Shown one piece after another: positions 22,325 through 34,787 of a stretch of DNA of 64,000 bases (positions are counted from its first letter, which is position 1; every line of letters begins with the position of its first letter). The notes beneath the pieces were generated by a model. The model saw nothing but the letters and a program-made list of their open reading frames with translations, ran no database searches and had not been told where the DNA came from. This DNA comes from Patellaria atrata CBS 101060. Lineage: Eukaryota. The position numbers and the translations under genes are program-made. The DNA lies in contig MU006104.1 in NCBI GenBank assembly GCA_010093705.1, positions 372,001 to 436,000 on the forward strand, given 5' to 3'.

Positions 22325-23889
22325 ATGAGTTGCGTTAAAGACAAGATGCCAGTACTGATTACGATCTCCCTAGGGTCGTCTTCCGGTGAGGATCCAGCAT
22401 GGAGTACACCCGTATTGAGTCCCCCACGGAGTATCGTACTGGAGGATACCATCCAGTTCATCTCGATGAGCTCCAAAATGGACGTTACAAAATCGCGAAT
22501 AAACTAAGCTAGTGGGGTACTTCGACGGTCTGGTTAGCTACTGATGCCGCTCGGTCTCATACTTGTGTTACTATCTCTATTTCAAGGCTGAGTTGTTCTA
22601 CAAACTCCAAGGTACACTTGATGATAGAAAAACTGCACAAACTCCAGTACAGCGACGTTCCTCACGATGGGAAAGCAAGTATTTTGTTGCCAATTGACGA
22701 ATTTGAAATACGTGGTCCGAATGGGCAACATTTTTGCCTTGTAATGCAGTTTGAGGGCCGCACAATTTCAAATGCTACAAGAAGAGCTCAGGGCATCGCA
22801 ACACTTCCTTTACCGCTCAAGAGCAAAGAGTGCAATTAGAGAACTGATTGAGGGTATTTCTTACGTGCACGATGTTGGTATAGCTCACGGGGGTAACTTT
22901 CACCGCTTTCTGTAGTTATAGTAACCTCTCCTCTCTTTAAATTTGTACTGCGATTCCTCAGCCTCTGTGCGCTTGCTGGACAAACAATGGAATATGTTAA
23001 TCTCCCCGTATGAATTGATCTCCATTATAGATATGGTTATGTGTTATGTACATCGGGAATGATTGTACGATATCGACGTTTCTTTGCAGGGGAATCAGCG
23101 ACGACCTTTTGGAAGCGAGCGTACAGTAGGTAAGCAGAAGGCTAATTGACAAGTCTCTAACGATGTTGAGATTTACATATTGCAAATCTCTATCTGGGGC
23201 TTCCCAAGGGCTGTAAATGGTCGACAGAGAGAATACGAGAAATCTGCGGATCGGCGACAAAAGTACCACTGGTGCAAGATGAGCAAGGGTCAAACCCAAT
23301 TACACCAGCACACGTGGTCGAGAGTTGCGTTCGAAAAGATGTCAACATCTCCCTGTTTCCTGGTTCACTCAAAATCGGAGACTTCGAATTTGCTTTTTAA
23401 GATCATGAAAAGTACGCTAGCTTGCCAAGTGTAGGTCCTTATATACTTCCAGCGTTCAACCATCCAGAGTCATGCTCCCCTGCTGTTGATATCTGGCTGC
23501 TCGCTTGCGCTATGTATCAAATTTTATCTGGCTTTGATCTCATGGAAGTGCTTGATAATCCACCAGAGAAGGTAGTATCAGGCATGGAGTTATTGGGCCC
23601 GCCTCCTGATTATCTGTTCGACTCCTGGGCGACGTTCGTGAAAGACAATGCCCAAAAAGTCCTAGAGCGAATCTTAATGGAACATCCACTACTTGAAATA
23701 CCCATCCGGCAACTGAGGGAAGGCAATAAAGAAACTGGTATGAGAGCTTGCCCGGATGATTTCTCCGAAAACGACATAGAGTTGTTGACGGATTTGTTTC
23801 GCTCAATGCTGCTTTACGAACCAAGCAGACGTCCTACTATCCAGGATATCAAGAGTCATCCAGGGTACTCCTTTCTCTTGAAGCCATAA
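22325..23889 (+). pseudogene. SRPK-like (CMGC) Ser/Thr protein kinase pseudogene
   Basis: EYRTGGYHPVHLD...RYKIANKLS*WGTSTVWLATD, FEIRGPNGQHFCLVM, YVHDVGIAHG, KIGDF, VDIWLLAC and LFRSMLLYEPSRRPTIQDIKSHP. Stops, frameshifts and a degenerate Gly-rich loop. Confidence 0.85.
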
Positions 23890-24765
23890 TGGGTTACCAC
23901 CCTTCTGTATGATCCTACAGTAATCTTGAGAACCGGTAAAGTGGTAGATAAGTGAAGTTCTCCTTAACCAGCTTTTACTGAAATCTCTATAGTGGTAACC
24001 ATGGGAGAAGCATTTGCCCGCTACCAGAGGAATGGCGTTTAATACGATATATGGCTTTGGAGATACGGGCGATGCTCTTCCTCGAAGTTATACCTAACCG
24101 TAGCGAAGAATTTCCAGGTCCCTTTGTGACGCTCGCGAAGCTTTCCTATTATTGTTCAGTGCTTGACAGAAAACAATTGTAACGAGGACGTCCATTTTAC
24201 TGACAGAGACATTGTAAACCTGAGAGATTAGCTCGCGCCCGTGAGAGGAACTAATGGTTTGGGAAGAGTACCTTTTCTTCAATAGTGAACTTTGCGGAAG
24301 GATTGATAAGACAAGAAACAAAAGGATGAAATGATAACTGAACACCCTGTGATGCATACATATGTGTGAAGCTGAGAGTGATCATGTGACTGAATGAATC
24401 CTTGATCCTGTTATGACTGATGTACGAAGTATACTTCTTGCTGTACTCTAATACTATACAATCGTACTTGGTGAACTTGCCTCTCAATTGTCTTTTCCGG
24501 CGACTCTATATTAAATATACATAACGTACTTCCAGTCTAGCCAAGCCAGGCACTCAGCAGGACGGAGATGGTCGAGACAATAAGATGTGGTGATCATCAA
24601 TTGAATCCCTTGAATTTCTTCTCCCGTCGTTTCGGATATCTCTTTGGATGAAAGTTTGATATGGACGTGACTAACCCCGTAAAATCGGAATTGACAAGTG
24701 AGGTAGTCAAGTTTGCAATATCAATAGATTAGAACTAGCCCTTTCAGGAAATCGAGGCGTGATTC

Positions 24766-24784
24766 CGCGTTTCGCGTATCGCGT
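24766..24784. promoter_or_regulatory. Triple MCB/SCB-like CGCGT cluster upstream of RFC2
   Basis: CGCGT at 24766, 24773 and 24780 (7-bp period, includes TTTCGCG), ~120 bp upstream of a replication gene. MBF-type regulation is inferred. Confidence 0.6.
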
Positions 24785-24903
24785 CGAACCATCCGCTGAC
24801 AACGGGATCGACCTCTACGAAAGATCAGTACAAACTCTCCCCTCCAAGTATCCCCATTATTTCCCACACCAACGCCACACCCAGACATCTCCGTCTCAAT
24901 ACA

Positions 24904-26174
24904 ATGGCCAATTTCTTCGACATCAAAGCCCGACGAGCCGACGCAGCAGCAGCAAACTCCTCGAAAGTCCCAGCTCCAAAACCAGAGACAAATCGCCTGC
25001 AGCCATGGGTCGAGAAATAGTAATCACGCCTAATGGTTTATAGAAACTACACTTTAACATCATACTAAAACCCTCTTCCAGTCGCCCCAAAACCCTCTCC
25101 GACGTCACAGCCCAAGACCACACCATAACCGTTCTACAACGCACACTCCAATCCTCCAACCTGCCCCATATGCTCTTCTACGGTCCCCCAGGCACGGGTA
25201 AGACCTCCACTATCCTCGCGCTCGCAAAACAGCTCTACGGACCCGAACTCATCAAAACCCGCGTGCTCGAACTCAACGCCTCCGACGAGCGCGGCATATC
25301 CATCGTGCGCGAGAAGGTCAAAGACTTCGCTCGGCAGCAGCTATCTAACCCTCCTGCGGGGCCAGCGGGAGTGGAGTACCGTAAACGGTATCCGTGCCCG
25401 CCGTTCAAGATCGTGGTGCTAGACGAGGCGGATAGCATGACGCAGGACGCGCAGTCGGCGCTCAGGAGGACGATGGAGACGTATAGCAAGATCACGCGGT
25501 TTTGCCTGGTGTGCAATTACGTGACGAGGATCATCGACCCGCTCGCTTCACGTTGCTCCAAGTTCCGCTTCAAGATGCTCGATACGTCGTCCGCGACGGC
25601 ACGGTTGGAGGAGATCGCGGGGCTGGAGAACGTAGCGTTGGGCGAGGGCGCCGTTGAGGCGCTCGTGAAATGCTCGGAAGGCGATCTGAGGAAGGCGATC
25701 ACTTTTCTGCAGAGCGCGGCGCGGCTTGTGGGCGCCACGGCCCCATCTTCCATCTCGAAATCCAAAGCGAACGGTCGCCCGGCCGCAAAAGATCCCTCGG
25801 CCATGGATATCGACACTCCTGCTCTGCCGCGCGCCGTTACCGCGGCTATCGTAGCCGAGATCGCTGGTACGATTCCCTCCGCAACAATAGAGGATCTCAT
25901 ATCCGCCATGTCCCCACGATCTTCTGGAGCATCATATGAGGCGATTTCAAGCGCGGTAACGGATCTCGTGGCGGACGGGTGGAGCGCGACGCAGCTGGTT
26001 TCCCAATTGTATGAGCGTGTATTATATGATGAGAAAGTGCAGGATGCTCAAAAGAACCGGATCGTTATGGTGTTCTCCGAGGTAGATAAACGATTGGTAG
26101 ATGGTGCGGATGAGCATCTGGAGGTGCTGGATCTGTGCTTGAGGGTTGCTGGGATTATGGGTGCGGGCAGGTGA
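24904..26174 (+). CDS. RFC2: Replication factor C small subunit 2
   Basis: Exons 24904-25019 and 25082-26174. Motifs [40 protein letters not shown] and SRC. Confidence 0.95.
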
Positions 26175-26615
26175 CAGCACGGACAAGAGAGGAATTAGAA
26201 GATTAAATGTGACATTTGGGTCTAAAAGTGGATGGGTGGTTATGAACGGGCGTTAGTTGGCGAGATTGGCAGATATACTGCACTTCAGGGTTGCATAGGA
26301 GCGTGGCGTCACGGTTAAGAAGTCTAGTAGCATGATGGGATTTGAATACTCAATATATTGATCGCTACGAGAAAGTCTTCGGCGCCTTCCGATGTCTGTA
26401 CCGTCTATTGAAGGACTGGACAAGATGATATCATATCAGATCCATGCAAGTACCAATGACTCTAATGCACCTCCATGACGCGCCCCCCACCCAGCCTCGT
26501 CCAGAAATCGTGTTTGTAGAAAATCGTAGGCCTTCTCGTATATGAGGACCTCCCTAGGACTAGATAGAGAGGGTTCACCCATCTCCAAGTAATCTCTAGG
26601 TCACAAACGGTGAGG

Positions 26616-28645
26616 TCATTTTATACTAACCGATTTGAACCGTTTAGTAATATTGTCGCCGAAGGGGGGGCGGTCATCATAAGATGAGCGTTTGGGGGGT
26701 CTCTCACCGCTTTCCTTCAAGATGGTTAGAAGCGTTGCCCAACCAGGACTGTTTTGAATCTGGTAACCGTCCGAGAGGTCATGATTTGCTGCTAAACGAG
26801 CGAGAAGAGCTGATTCGTCCTGTGCGATTAACGATTTCTGATTAGTCAGTCTGTTCATTGAAGATGAGCGGTATGGACTATGGGTACCGACCTTGCTAAG
26901 TATTCCTAGACTTAAGATATATGTGACAAGATGGAAGTCAGACACGGCAACGATGCCGCTCTCGGTGCTTAGATTGAGCGGTTTACCTTTGACATTTAGG
27001 ATTTTAGCGAGGGTACTGAGTTCCTGACTCATACCAAGAGCTTCGCGGTTTTCGATTGGGAAGGACGTTTTGGTATATAGGGGATTCGGTGTATTGGGGA
27101 AGCCATGAGTTAGTGTAACAAAAAGATACTCTACGGGGAATGCTGGCTTCGCGTTTTCTTGAACATTGGCGCCGTACTCGTTGATTCGGCGATAGAAGAC
27201 TTCTGGAATATAACGTGTGCGGCCAAGGCTCTCTTCCTCGTCTTCGCTCTGTACGAGCATCACGGTAGGATCGGCGGATGGTTCGATGATGTCTGCCTTA
27301 ACCATTTCAACAGCCGCGTTGGATGCTTGGTAGCCAGATATTGATATGGCGCCGTTCTCATCACCACTAATTACGCAAGTAACAAAGTTCGAGCCAAACT
27401 TGCCAGTCTCGCTCCATTTGGTGGGTCGGGGATAAATTGCTTGATATCGAGCTGCAAAGACAGTCTCGAGGGATGATAGATAGTATGAATCAATGTGTCT
27501 CTTGCACACCACCGTACCGTCTCCAGCACCGGCATCGATGAGATCAGTGAAAATCAAACCCAACCTCTGCATTCCACATAATCGGGCAACTTCGTCAACT
27601 TCTTTCTCATTGTTCCATTCACCAAGTGATATCCCGTCCATCTCGTTGACCTGGGGCGGTTCATAAATGGCTTCTACCACAGCCTTTGTCCCTAGTGGAA
27701 CCTCCTCATATTCTTCATATCTACCATACAAGAATCCCAATCTTTGAGTCCCTGATCTTCTCCAGAAGTCGAGGAATGTATCAATGAGATCTGGAGAAGC
27801 AAACTCAACGTGGTCCACCATCCGGAAAGGCTGAGGTTGCAGAGTGATAGCACTGGGTTGACATTTTGTACATATGCCGGCTGGAAATGGTTTATGTCCT
27901 GAGGGACAATTAGGGCGTACCCGAAAGTAGGGTTCGCTCAAAGGAGGCATATATGAGCTTCCAGATTCAGGCTTATTCTTTCCAGCGTTGAGTTTCCTTA
28001 GATAGGAGTGGAAAGATAGATGTTTGATCTTTCTCTCTTCTAGATAGCTGGTGTCATATGGCTCCAAGGGCATACAATAATCACACATGCCCTTTGGCCC
28101 GTGTTTGCACATCTTCTGATCCCGCGATCTAGAGATCTTGCCATCTTTCTTGTCCAACCGATCATCTAATGGAGACTGTTTTACCACCTCCCAGGGGTTC
28201 TTTATCAGGTTCGTAGGCGAGCCAAGAGGTATGGAAGTTATGGGGAAGGACTCGGGATGCTCTACAGGTTTCCCATTAAGGCGCTGAGATGTCGAGGAAG
28301 AGTTGGGGGTAGGTAAAAGTGTGTGACCGTTGGTTTGGAATTCTTGTTCTTTCCAGTCGAGGAAAATCTGATCACCATGCCTGCAACCCTATCAGTATCT
28401 ATGCGAATTGGGTGGCTGTCGGGTGAGTTCTCATACTTCAGCCCTACAGTCTGTATCGTCACACCCCGAAGGGCAGATAATCTACGCGGTTGTCCGCCAT
28501 GTGGGGTGGGGTTGATAGTAATGCTGGGTACATCCACATTCTTAGGAAGCTTCTCAGCTATTCGGGGAAGTAGCGAAGATAATTCATCCTTAAGTTCAAC
28601 GTTCAGACGAAAATTGCCTTCGCGGCTCTGGAACCGGAGAAGCAT
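26616..28645 (-). CDS. NPL4: Nuclear protein localization protein 4 (Cdc48-Ufd1-Npl4 cofactor)
   Basis: Exons 28645-28437, 28380-26892 and 26819-26616. Zinc-binding [17 protein letters not shown] and CPSGH...ICTKCQP, plus FRMVDHVEF and [15 protein letters not shown]. Confidence 0.96.
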
Positions 28646-29257
28646 AGTACTAGCTTGATGAAGCAGCGACCTGAGCAGTGAAAGAAATTTGAGACTCGAT
28701 TACAGGGGCGGATATTTTAGAATGATTTAGAATTGTATGAGATTCAAAGGAGGAATTTGGGGAAAGGAGAAGGGGAGGTTGGGAAGGTTCCAAATGGAAG
28801 AGAAGATTAGTTAGCCGTATATTCACGATGCCTCTGGTGCCTTTACAAGGTTAGTTGACGTAGGCCCATTCTGCCACAGGGACGTCTCACCGCCCAAAGC
28901 TTAGTCGTTGGCCTGCAAAACATACAAACTCAACTCTACGGAATACGTCAAGTTCATTTGAGAGATTTTTGTTCCGCATAATTAAATTTAAAAAAATTCT
29001 GAATAGACAATAATATTCTCCTCGATCTGAAGGATTCTACTGCCCGTTAAAGAACTTAAGAAAGTGTTATTTTCTCTGTGTAATTGCGTGTTACAGCAGA
29101 CGACATTTTTTAGTCTAACGGCGCATTTCGCCGATCTGGCCTCAAGCCCGATTTATATTTCTACATTGTACTCGAGAACTACCTGTTCTCCTATTATTTG
29201 TCCCGAAAACACATCCCGATTCTACCAGCCAAACCGGATACCTACAAAACTCACAAA

Positions 29258-30028
29258 ATGGTGGATTGGTTAAGCCTGGCGATACCCTTCGCCTATCTAG
29301 GGGTGATGGTCGGATCGATGGCTACATTCTCCTCCTTATATCGTCAAAGGAAAGCCGCAAAAGCTGCTTCTCTAGAACCTTGGTTCGGACCACATCTCCA
29401 ACGAAACATATACTTGTCGCTATTACATCTCGAACCCGAATCGGGGCCAAAGGTTCCAGACAGCGTATTAAAAGCTGCGCTCCTCAGGCGTGCTATAGAA
29501 GATGTCCACCGCATCGTACAAATACGAAACGCGAAACAGGCCCTCAGTACGTTGTTACAGAGGGGAAGTGTGGGCGATGATTTATGGCAACGTTTCCAGC
29601 GTGCGGAGAAAGAGACTGAAGATGAGTTGAGAGATGTGGTTACGGAGGTGAGTCTTATCTTCCGTATATGTCGCGTATCAATCTGCTAATAGATATGCAA
29701 ATAGGCAAACGCGTTTGCACCAGGCTGGGGCCAGATCATCTTCCAAACCGCTAGCGAAATGGTAAACAATAGCTCCTTGCGCGATCGGTTGACAGAGCTG
29801 CAAGGCACAGTCCCATCAGAGAAAGCATGGTGGGAAAAGAAGAAGGCGACCATTCAATCTGAGTTCATGAAAGAGCTTGACAACGAAGATGCTGCAAGTG
29901 TGTCGAGCAGAGCTACAGGCACCACCGGTACCAGAAGAGGTAGTGAGGACGATGCTGTATTGGTTGAAGCAGGTGGCCCGGCTGTCGGACAGCAAGGCGC
30001 GAAGAAAAAGAAACAAGGAAAGAAATGA
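29258..30028 (+). CDS. SEC66: Translocation protein Sec66 (Sec63 complex subunit)
   Basis: Exons 29258-29647 and 29705-30028. N-terminal TM segment, LKAALLRRA, RGSVGDDLWQRF and EANAFAPGWGQIIFQTA. Confidence 0.92.
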
Positions 30029-30347
30029 GCGGCACCCCTTACGGAACTGTACAAAAGTTAGACTTGAGCATTGTAGGCGTATGGGAGTTCCGGGGAGGCA
30101 TATATCACTTATGGGCCAACCTTGATGGTTGTTAAACCCTCTGCTCAGGAAAGTTGAGGCATGGACTATCGGCTAAGGATTGCATATCAGATCGAAATCG
30201 CTATATTCCACATCCCTATCTTATTGTAAGGATAATTTATCCTTCGCTAATGTCATGAAGCAAAGTCTAGCCGAATCAAGGTCTCGAAATCATAATGAGC
30301 TCTCAGTGCCACATCCACCAGCCGGCATCCTTCTAACTGCTTCACCC

Positions 30348-31077
30348 TCAAGACTGCGAAATCCAATCATAGACCAGTCTCGCCTTTTCCAATTCACTCC
30401 CATCCATCTTCTTCACAACCACATGTCTCGTATACCTCCTCTCCTCCCCGACCTTCTCAAACCCCCACATCTGCCTCGCCACCCATCCTCCCACCTCGTT
30501 CTCCACATAACTCTCCATCACCTCCACCTTCTCTCCCTCCTCCCACCCCTCCCGCAAAAACTTCTCCTCAGGATCCTCCAAGCATAGCGATGTGGGCTCG
30601 AGGTATCTGCTTTTGCCCCGAAGCTCACCGAAGATGATATCGGAATGCGGTCGCCACTGCCAGTCCAGCACGCGGTTCTCGGGCGAGCCTTTCAGTCCCC
30701 CGGTAAGCGTCTGCTGGATGTCGATGTGGGGCGTTTGAGTGTTGTCGAGGTAGTGGGATATCGTTAGCGTGACGTCGGCAAGGGAGATGGCTTTGCGGAG
30801 GAGCCAGGAGAGGCCTTGCTGTTTGAGATAGGGGGTTAGTATGGCTGTAGGGGGTGGGGGGGGGGGGGGTAAGGGCTAGGGTTGGGGGACGCGGGAGGGA
30901 GGGTATTGTTAGGAGGGAGAGGGACGTACGATGACGAAGATCTGTTCCGTGGAATCGGACAGGGTCGTGTTCTGTAGAGATGTTAGATTCGGGCAGATGG
31001 AGTCGCAGTTCGTTAGGCTCTACCATATGCCACACCCCGTTTAGATCTCTGATAGTTTTCTCTGGCGGCGCGGCCAT
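30348..31077 (-). CDS. Conserved fungal protein of the family usually annotated LCCL-domain-containing
   Basis: Two introns. MAAPPEKTIRDLNGVWHM|NTTLSDS...|QGLSWLLRKAI...ENRVLDWQWRPHSDIIFG...WVARQMWGFE...RRYTRHVVV...ARLVYDW. Confidence 0.8.
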
Positions 31078-31943
31078 GGCTAGGGTGGATGGAAGTGGCG
31101 ATCTAGAGAGTTGAGATCTGGGGAGCAATGTTGATGTTTCGGTTAAATGATATGCAATCAGCGTAGGTAGAGTTGGAGTGAGGTCTTTGGGAGCCTGGAG
31201 CATTTATTTGTTGGTACTGTACTTTATTTGGAAGTCTGAGGCTGCTCACCTAAGTCACCAGTCGTTTGACGTTTGACGTTGTGTGACAGATAAAAAGCCT
31301 ATTCGACAGTATCTTACAGGTGAACTACAGTGCGCTTGGTCTCTATCTACCTTGGACTCACATTAAGCGGGGAGGTCATACCTACCTTAGTGGGGTTCTC
31401 CAGTCCAACTTACCGCGGCATGTCGACAATAAGTGTAGGTATAAGATAAAGCTATCATGGGCGGGATTATAGCCGGGATTCAGAGCTTCCTAATTGGGTA
31501 ATAGCTGAATGCTCTCTACAAGCAAGCTCGAAGACAATAGACTGAGTACTAACAACATTATGACATCCGAATGACTGATTGCAACAGATATACCATTTTT
31601 GAAGTCTCCATATGGGGTACAATACTGGTATGTTATGGTTTGATAGCATTAGATGATTTTACTTTCAATGCTAAGAAGATAGGGGTCGTTTGAAAGGTCT
31701 ATCGTGGCGAATCCATTTGTATGAAATGTGCTACATATACAATATTTGAGCATATCGATGCCCCCGAATTTGTTGGTAATACTTTGATCGTCAAAAGCGC
31801 TCGGGACCATTTTCACCGGAGATGTAGACATGTCAAGCAGACTTGTCAAGCAGACTTAGATTTGAATTTATAGAAGATTAAACTCAGCTCAGCTACGCCT
31901 CTCCAGCGCAACATTCTTGTCGTGAGACGATAGAGGTAGAGGT

Positions 31944-33089
31944 CTAGACAGGACGTGCTTTGATATGGTCCTCAAACACGTTTTGCTCATGCCCTTCACC
32001 CTGGACCTGAATTTTCATGCTATCTAGAATCCTCTTCTTGACATTTGGATCTCTGATATCCATACCGGAAAAAGCTCCATGGGTGGTATCGAAATTATAG
32101 CCTTGAATAGCTGTCCATATCCTCGCGATTTCGGGAGGCGGTAAAGGAATCATATTAGGAATTGACCACATGAATGTATAACTCGTTGTTCCTGGGGGGC
32201 GATCTTTAAAATACAACCCGGACTATCCAGCCTTTAGAGTCAGACCTCGTCGCTATCGTCAAATGGGGTATTGCTCACCGGTACGGTTACAATTGTGTCC
32301 GCAATCAGAAGTTTGTTCTGGTAATGTAGGACAAGACTTCCGGGAAAGTGACCGCCGGTTTTGATTGCTGTGATACCAGGGAGGATGGTTTCTTTGTGAC
32401 CAGTGATCAACTTCGTATGCCCTCCATTCTCCTCTGATCGATTGACCCATTCTTCATCTTCTTGCGAGATGTAGACCGGGCATTCAAACGTCTTGGACCA
32501 TTCAATGTGAGTAGTGTAGTAGTGAGGATGGGATATTACTATTGCCTTCAGTCCCCCTTTAGACTGGATCTAAGAGTCAGGTTGTTAGGCCATGATCGAA
32601 CAGGGGCTGACGAATGATGAAGCATCTGTAAACTCTACCTACGAATTCAATGGTAGGTTCATCCAAAAGTGCAATTAGATCCCAAAGTACATTTCCATCT
32701 GGAGTCTGAAGAAGTATGGCTCGTTGTCCTATGCCAAACTGAAAGTCGAGACATCAGTTCTGAGCCATATGACGATCAATGCGGTTTCTTAGACCTTGAG
32801 TTACCTTAGGAGCCGTCTCGATCGACCACAGCTTCTCATCTACAGCATCTTGCGTCCATTTATTGCTGTACTCTTTCTTCACCTCTCCCATACTGGTCCA
32901 TTTCTGCCCTGACGGCGGGACGAACTGCCGAGGGTCCTGTACAGGATGATACGTCAGTCTACAAGAAACCAGCTTGGTCGTCAGTTTCCTCACGTCGCAT
33001 ATCCTGCAGTTTGGCAATGGCGAGTTGAAAGGTACATCGAATTGTGTCGCACAAGTGCCGCACACGAGGAGATCGTCGGCACCGATCAT
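31944..33089 (-). CDS. Metallo-beta-lactamase-fold hydrolase (YmaE-like)
   Basis: Multi-exon. N-terminal CxxC...CxxCDDPRQFVP, FGIGQRAILL, ISHPHYY, GGHFPGS and FMWSIPNMIPL...HGAF. Confidence 0.87.
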
Positions 33090-33487
33090 GGGTGCTTGTA
33101 GTTGAGGATTCAATGGAAGTTCTCGACACAACCTAACAAAGCGTCTTGAAAGTAACCCATCCCACTTTAGAAGTTGTGGGGATAAGATGCAAGAACTACC
33201 TGGGGAGGCTGTACTCGCATACAACTATTCCCCATTATTGAACGCCATCGATTTTGATTAGGAAGTTACTCTAATACTAAGGTAAGGTTAAATAATTACA
33301 GTACTTTGAAGATTCTAAACCGTCGTACAGTACTGTACATAGCTCAGGTCTATTCATTACGTTTCAAAGTGTCCGTATACTCTCCCATTCCTAGTTGTCA
33401 AAGTATTTTTTATAATTGAGCACTAATGAACCAGTTGTGCTGTACAGAGTTACAATTTTGTGCTTTAACATTTGCCCTTTACCCCTT

Positions 33488-34787
33488 CTAGTAACCCCTT
33501 TTCCGATTAACAACGTTGACGAGTTTTTCACCCAGCTGTTTCCTCAATAGATTGAGCTCTAGGATAGCAAATGCTCTCTCGTTGTACGCCGTACCTACAC
33601 CACTGATGTGCGGTGTGATAATCACATTCGGTGCAGACCAGAGAGGATTGTCTGATGGTAAAGGCTCTGGATCTGCAACGTCGAGAGCAGCTCCTCTTAA
33701 CTTACCTTCCTTGAGGGCGGCGACAAGTGCAGGTTGATCGACAATTGCACCTCGAGAAATATTGGTTAAGAATGTCTGTTTCTTCTTCAGGATATCGAAT
33801 TCATCCTTCCCTAGGAGGTGTGTCGTTTCTTTCCTATCGAACGGTAAGTCGAGGCGAATTGATCATATATTTGAGATGACCCACGTTAACGGCACAGATA
33901 TAACCAAATAATCAAGATCTTGCTTGAGAAATTGGTGTAGGGACGCTTTGTCCAATCCGCTGAACCATGAGCTCGGAAATTCTCCATCGGGATCCCCAGT
34001 ACCCGGAACGATAAAGCCATTATCTCTTTTCTTCTCAGGGGTATCTTTTGGTGTTGCTGTATACGCTACTACATCCATACCCATGGCTTTGGCTACACGA
34101 CCGACTGTGCTCCCAATGCCTTTATTAGCCTTCTATGCGCCCGGCATCGCTTTGAAGCGTGAGACTATGCTCTACGAATAGGATGTAGAGACTTACCTTG
34201 CCTACCGATGCTACCATATCCCAAAACCCCCAATCTTTGATCAACCATATCCCTCACGGAATGGTAGTCTCCGCCAACTTGTGGTCTACCCCATTGATGC
34301 TGCTTTTGAAGCTCATAGAGCCGATTGTATTTATGGCTATGCACTAAGGCTGTCATAAGAACCCATTCGGCGATTTGCGGTCCATGAACACCGCTTGAAG
34401 TTGTGAGCGTGATTTTAGTGTCGGTATAGATAGGATGCTTGGATATATGGTTAGTCCCGGCCGAGAACACGTGAATGAGTTCCAATTCGGGGCAATCTGC
34501 TGGGTTTGGAGGGAGCGCAGAGAGAGTGGCAAGAATTGTCTTGTCCCTGTAAACATCTAGATATATATACTCGTCAGTAAGGTCCAAATCGCAAGATTGT
34601 CTGGAGTCATGCCTTTGGGGATAGTTCCTCGAGCAGTCCAACCCTCATCAGTCATAGAGCCCATGTTGATAAATGAAATGCTTAACTTCGGGAACTTCTC
34701 TCTTAACCTTGCAGTGATCTCCTTTGGTTCGTCGAAAGGTAAGATGCAGAGCAAGCGCTCCTCTTGATCAAGTGGACCCCCTCCCAT
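33488..34787 (-). CDS. D-isomer-specific 2-hydroxyacid dehydrogenase
   Basis: SGVHGPQIAEW, Rossmann motif GVLGYGSIGRQ, NISRG, ALDVADPEPLP, IITPH and the end NRKRGY*. Three introns, the first probably GC-AG (34612-34557). Confidence 0.92.

Noticed and set aside
23610..23632. GTTCGACTCC B-box/tRNA T-loop-like word
   Set aside because: Lies within kinase coding sequence with no T-stem or cloverleaf.
13498..23889. Island pseudogenes as targets of A-to-I stop-codon-correcting RNA editing
   Set aside because: Some lesions are TAG, but the genes also carry frameshifts, TAA/TGA stops and degenerate catalytic motifs that editing cannot repair.
30850..30903. G-run cluster with G-quadruplex potential
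   Set aside because: It is the complement of a C-rich intron. Nothing indicates function beyond the local skew.
31831..31857. 13-bp tandem duplication TGTCAAGCAGACT x2 (also AATTGGA x3 near 13408)
   Set aside because: Ordinary slippage-type microduplications.
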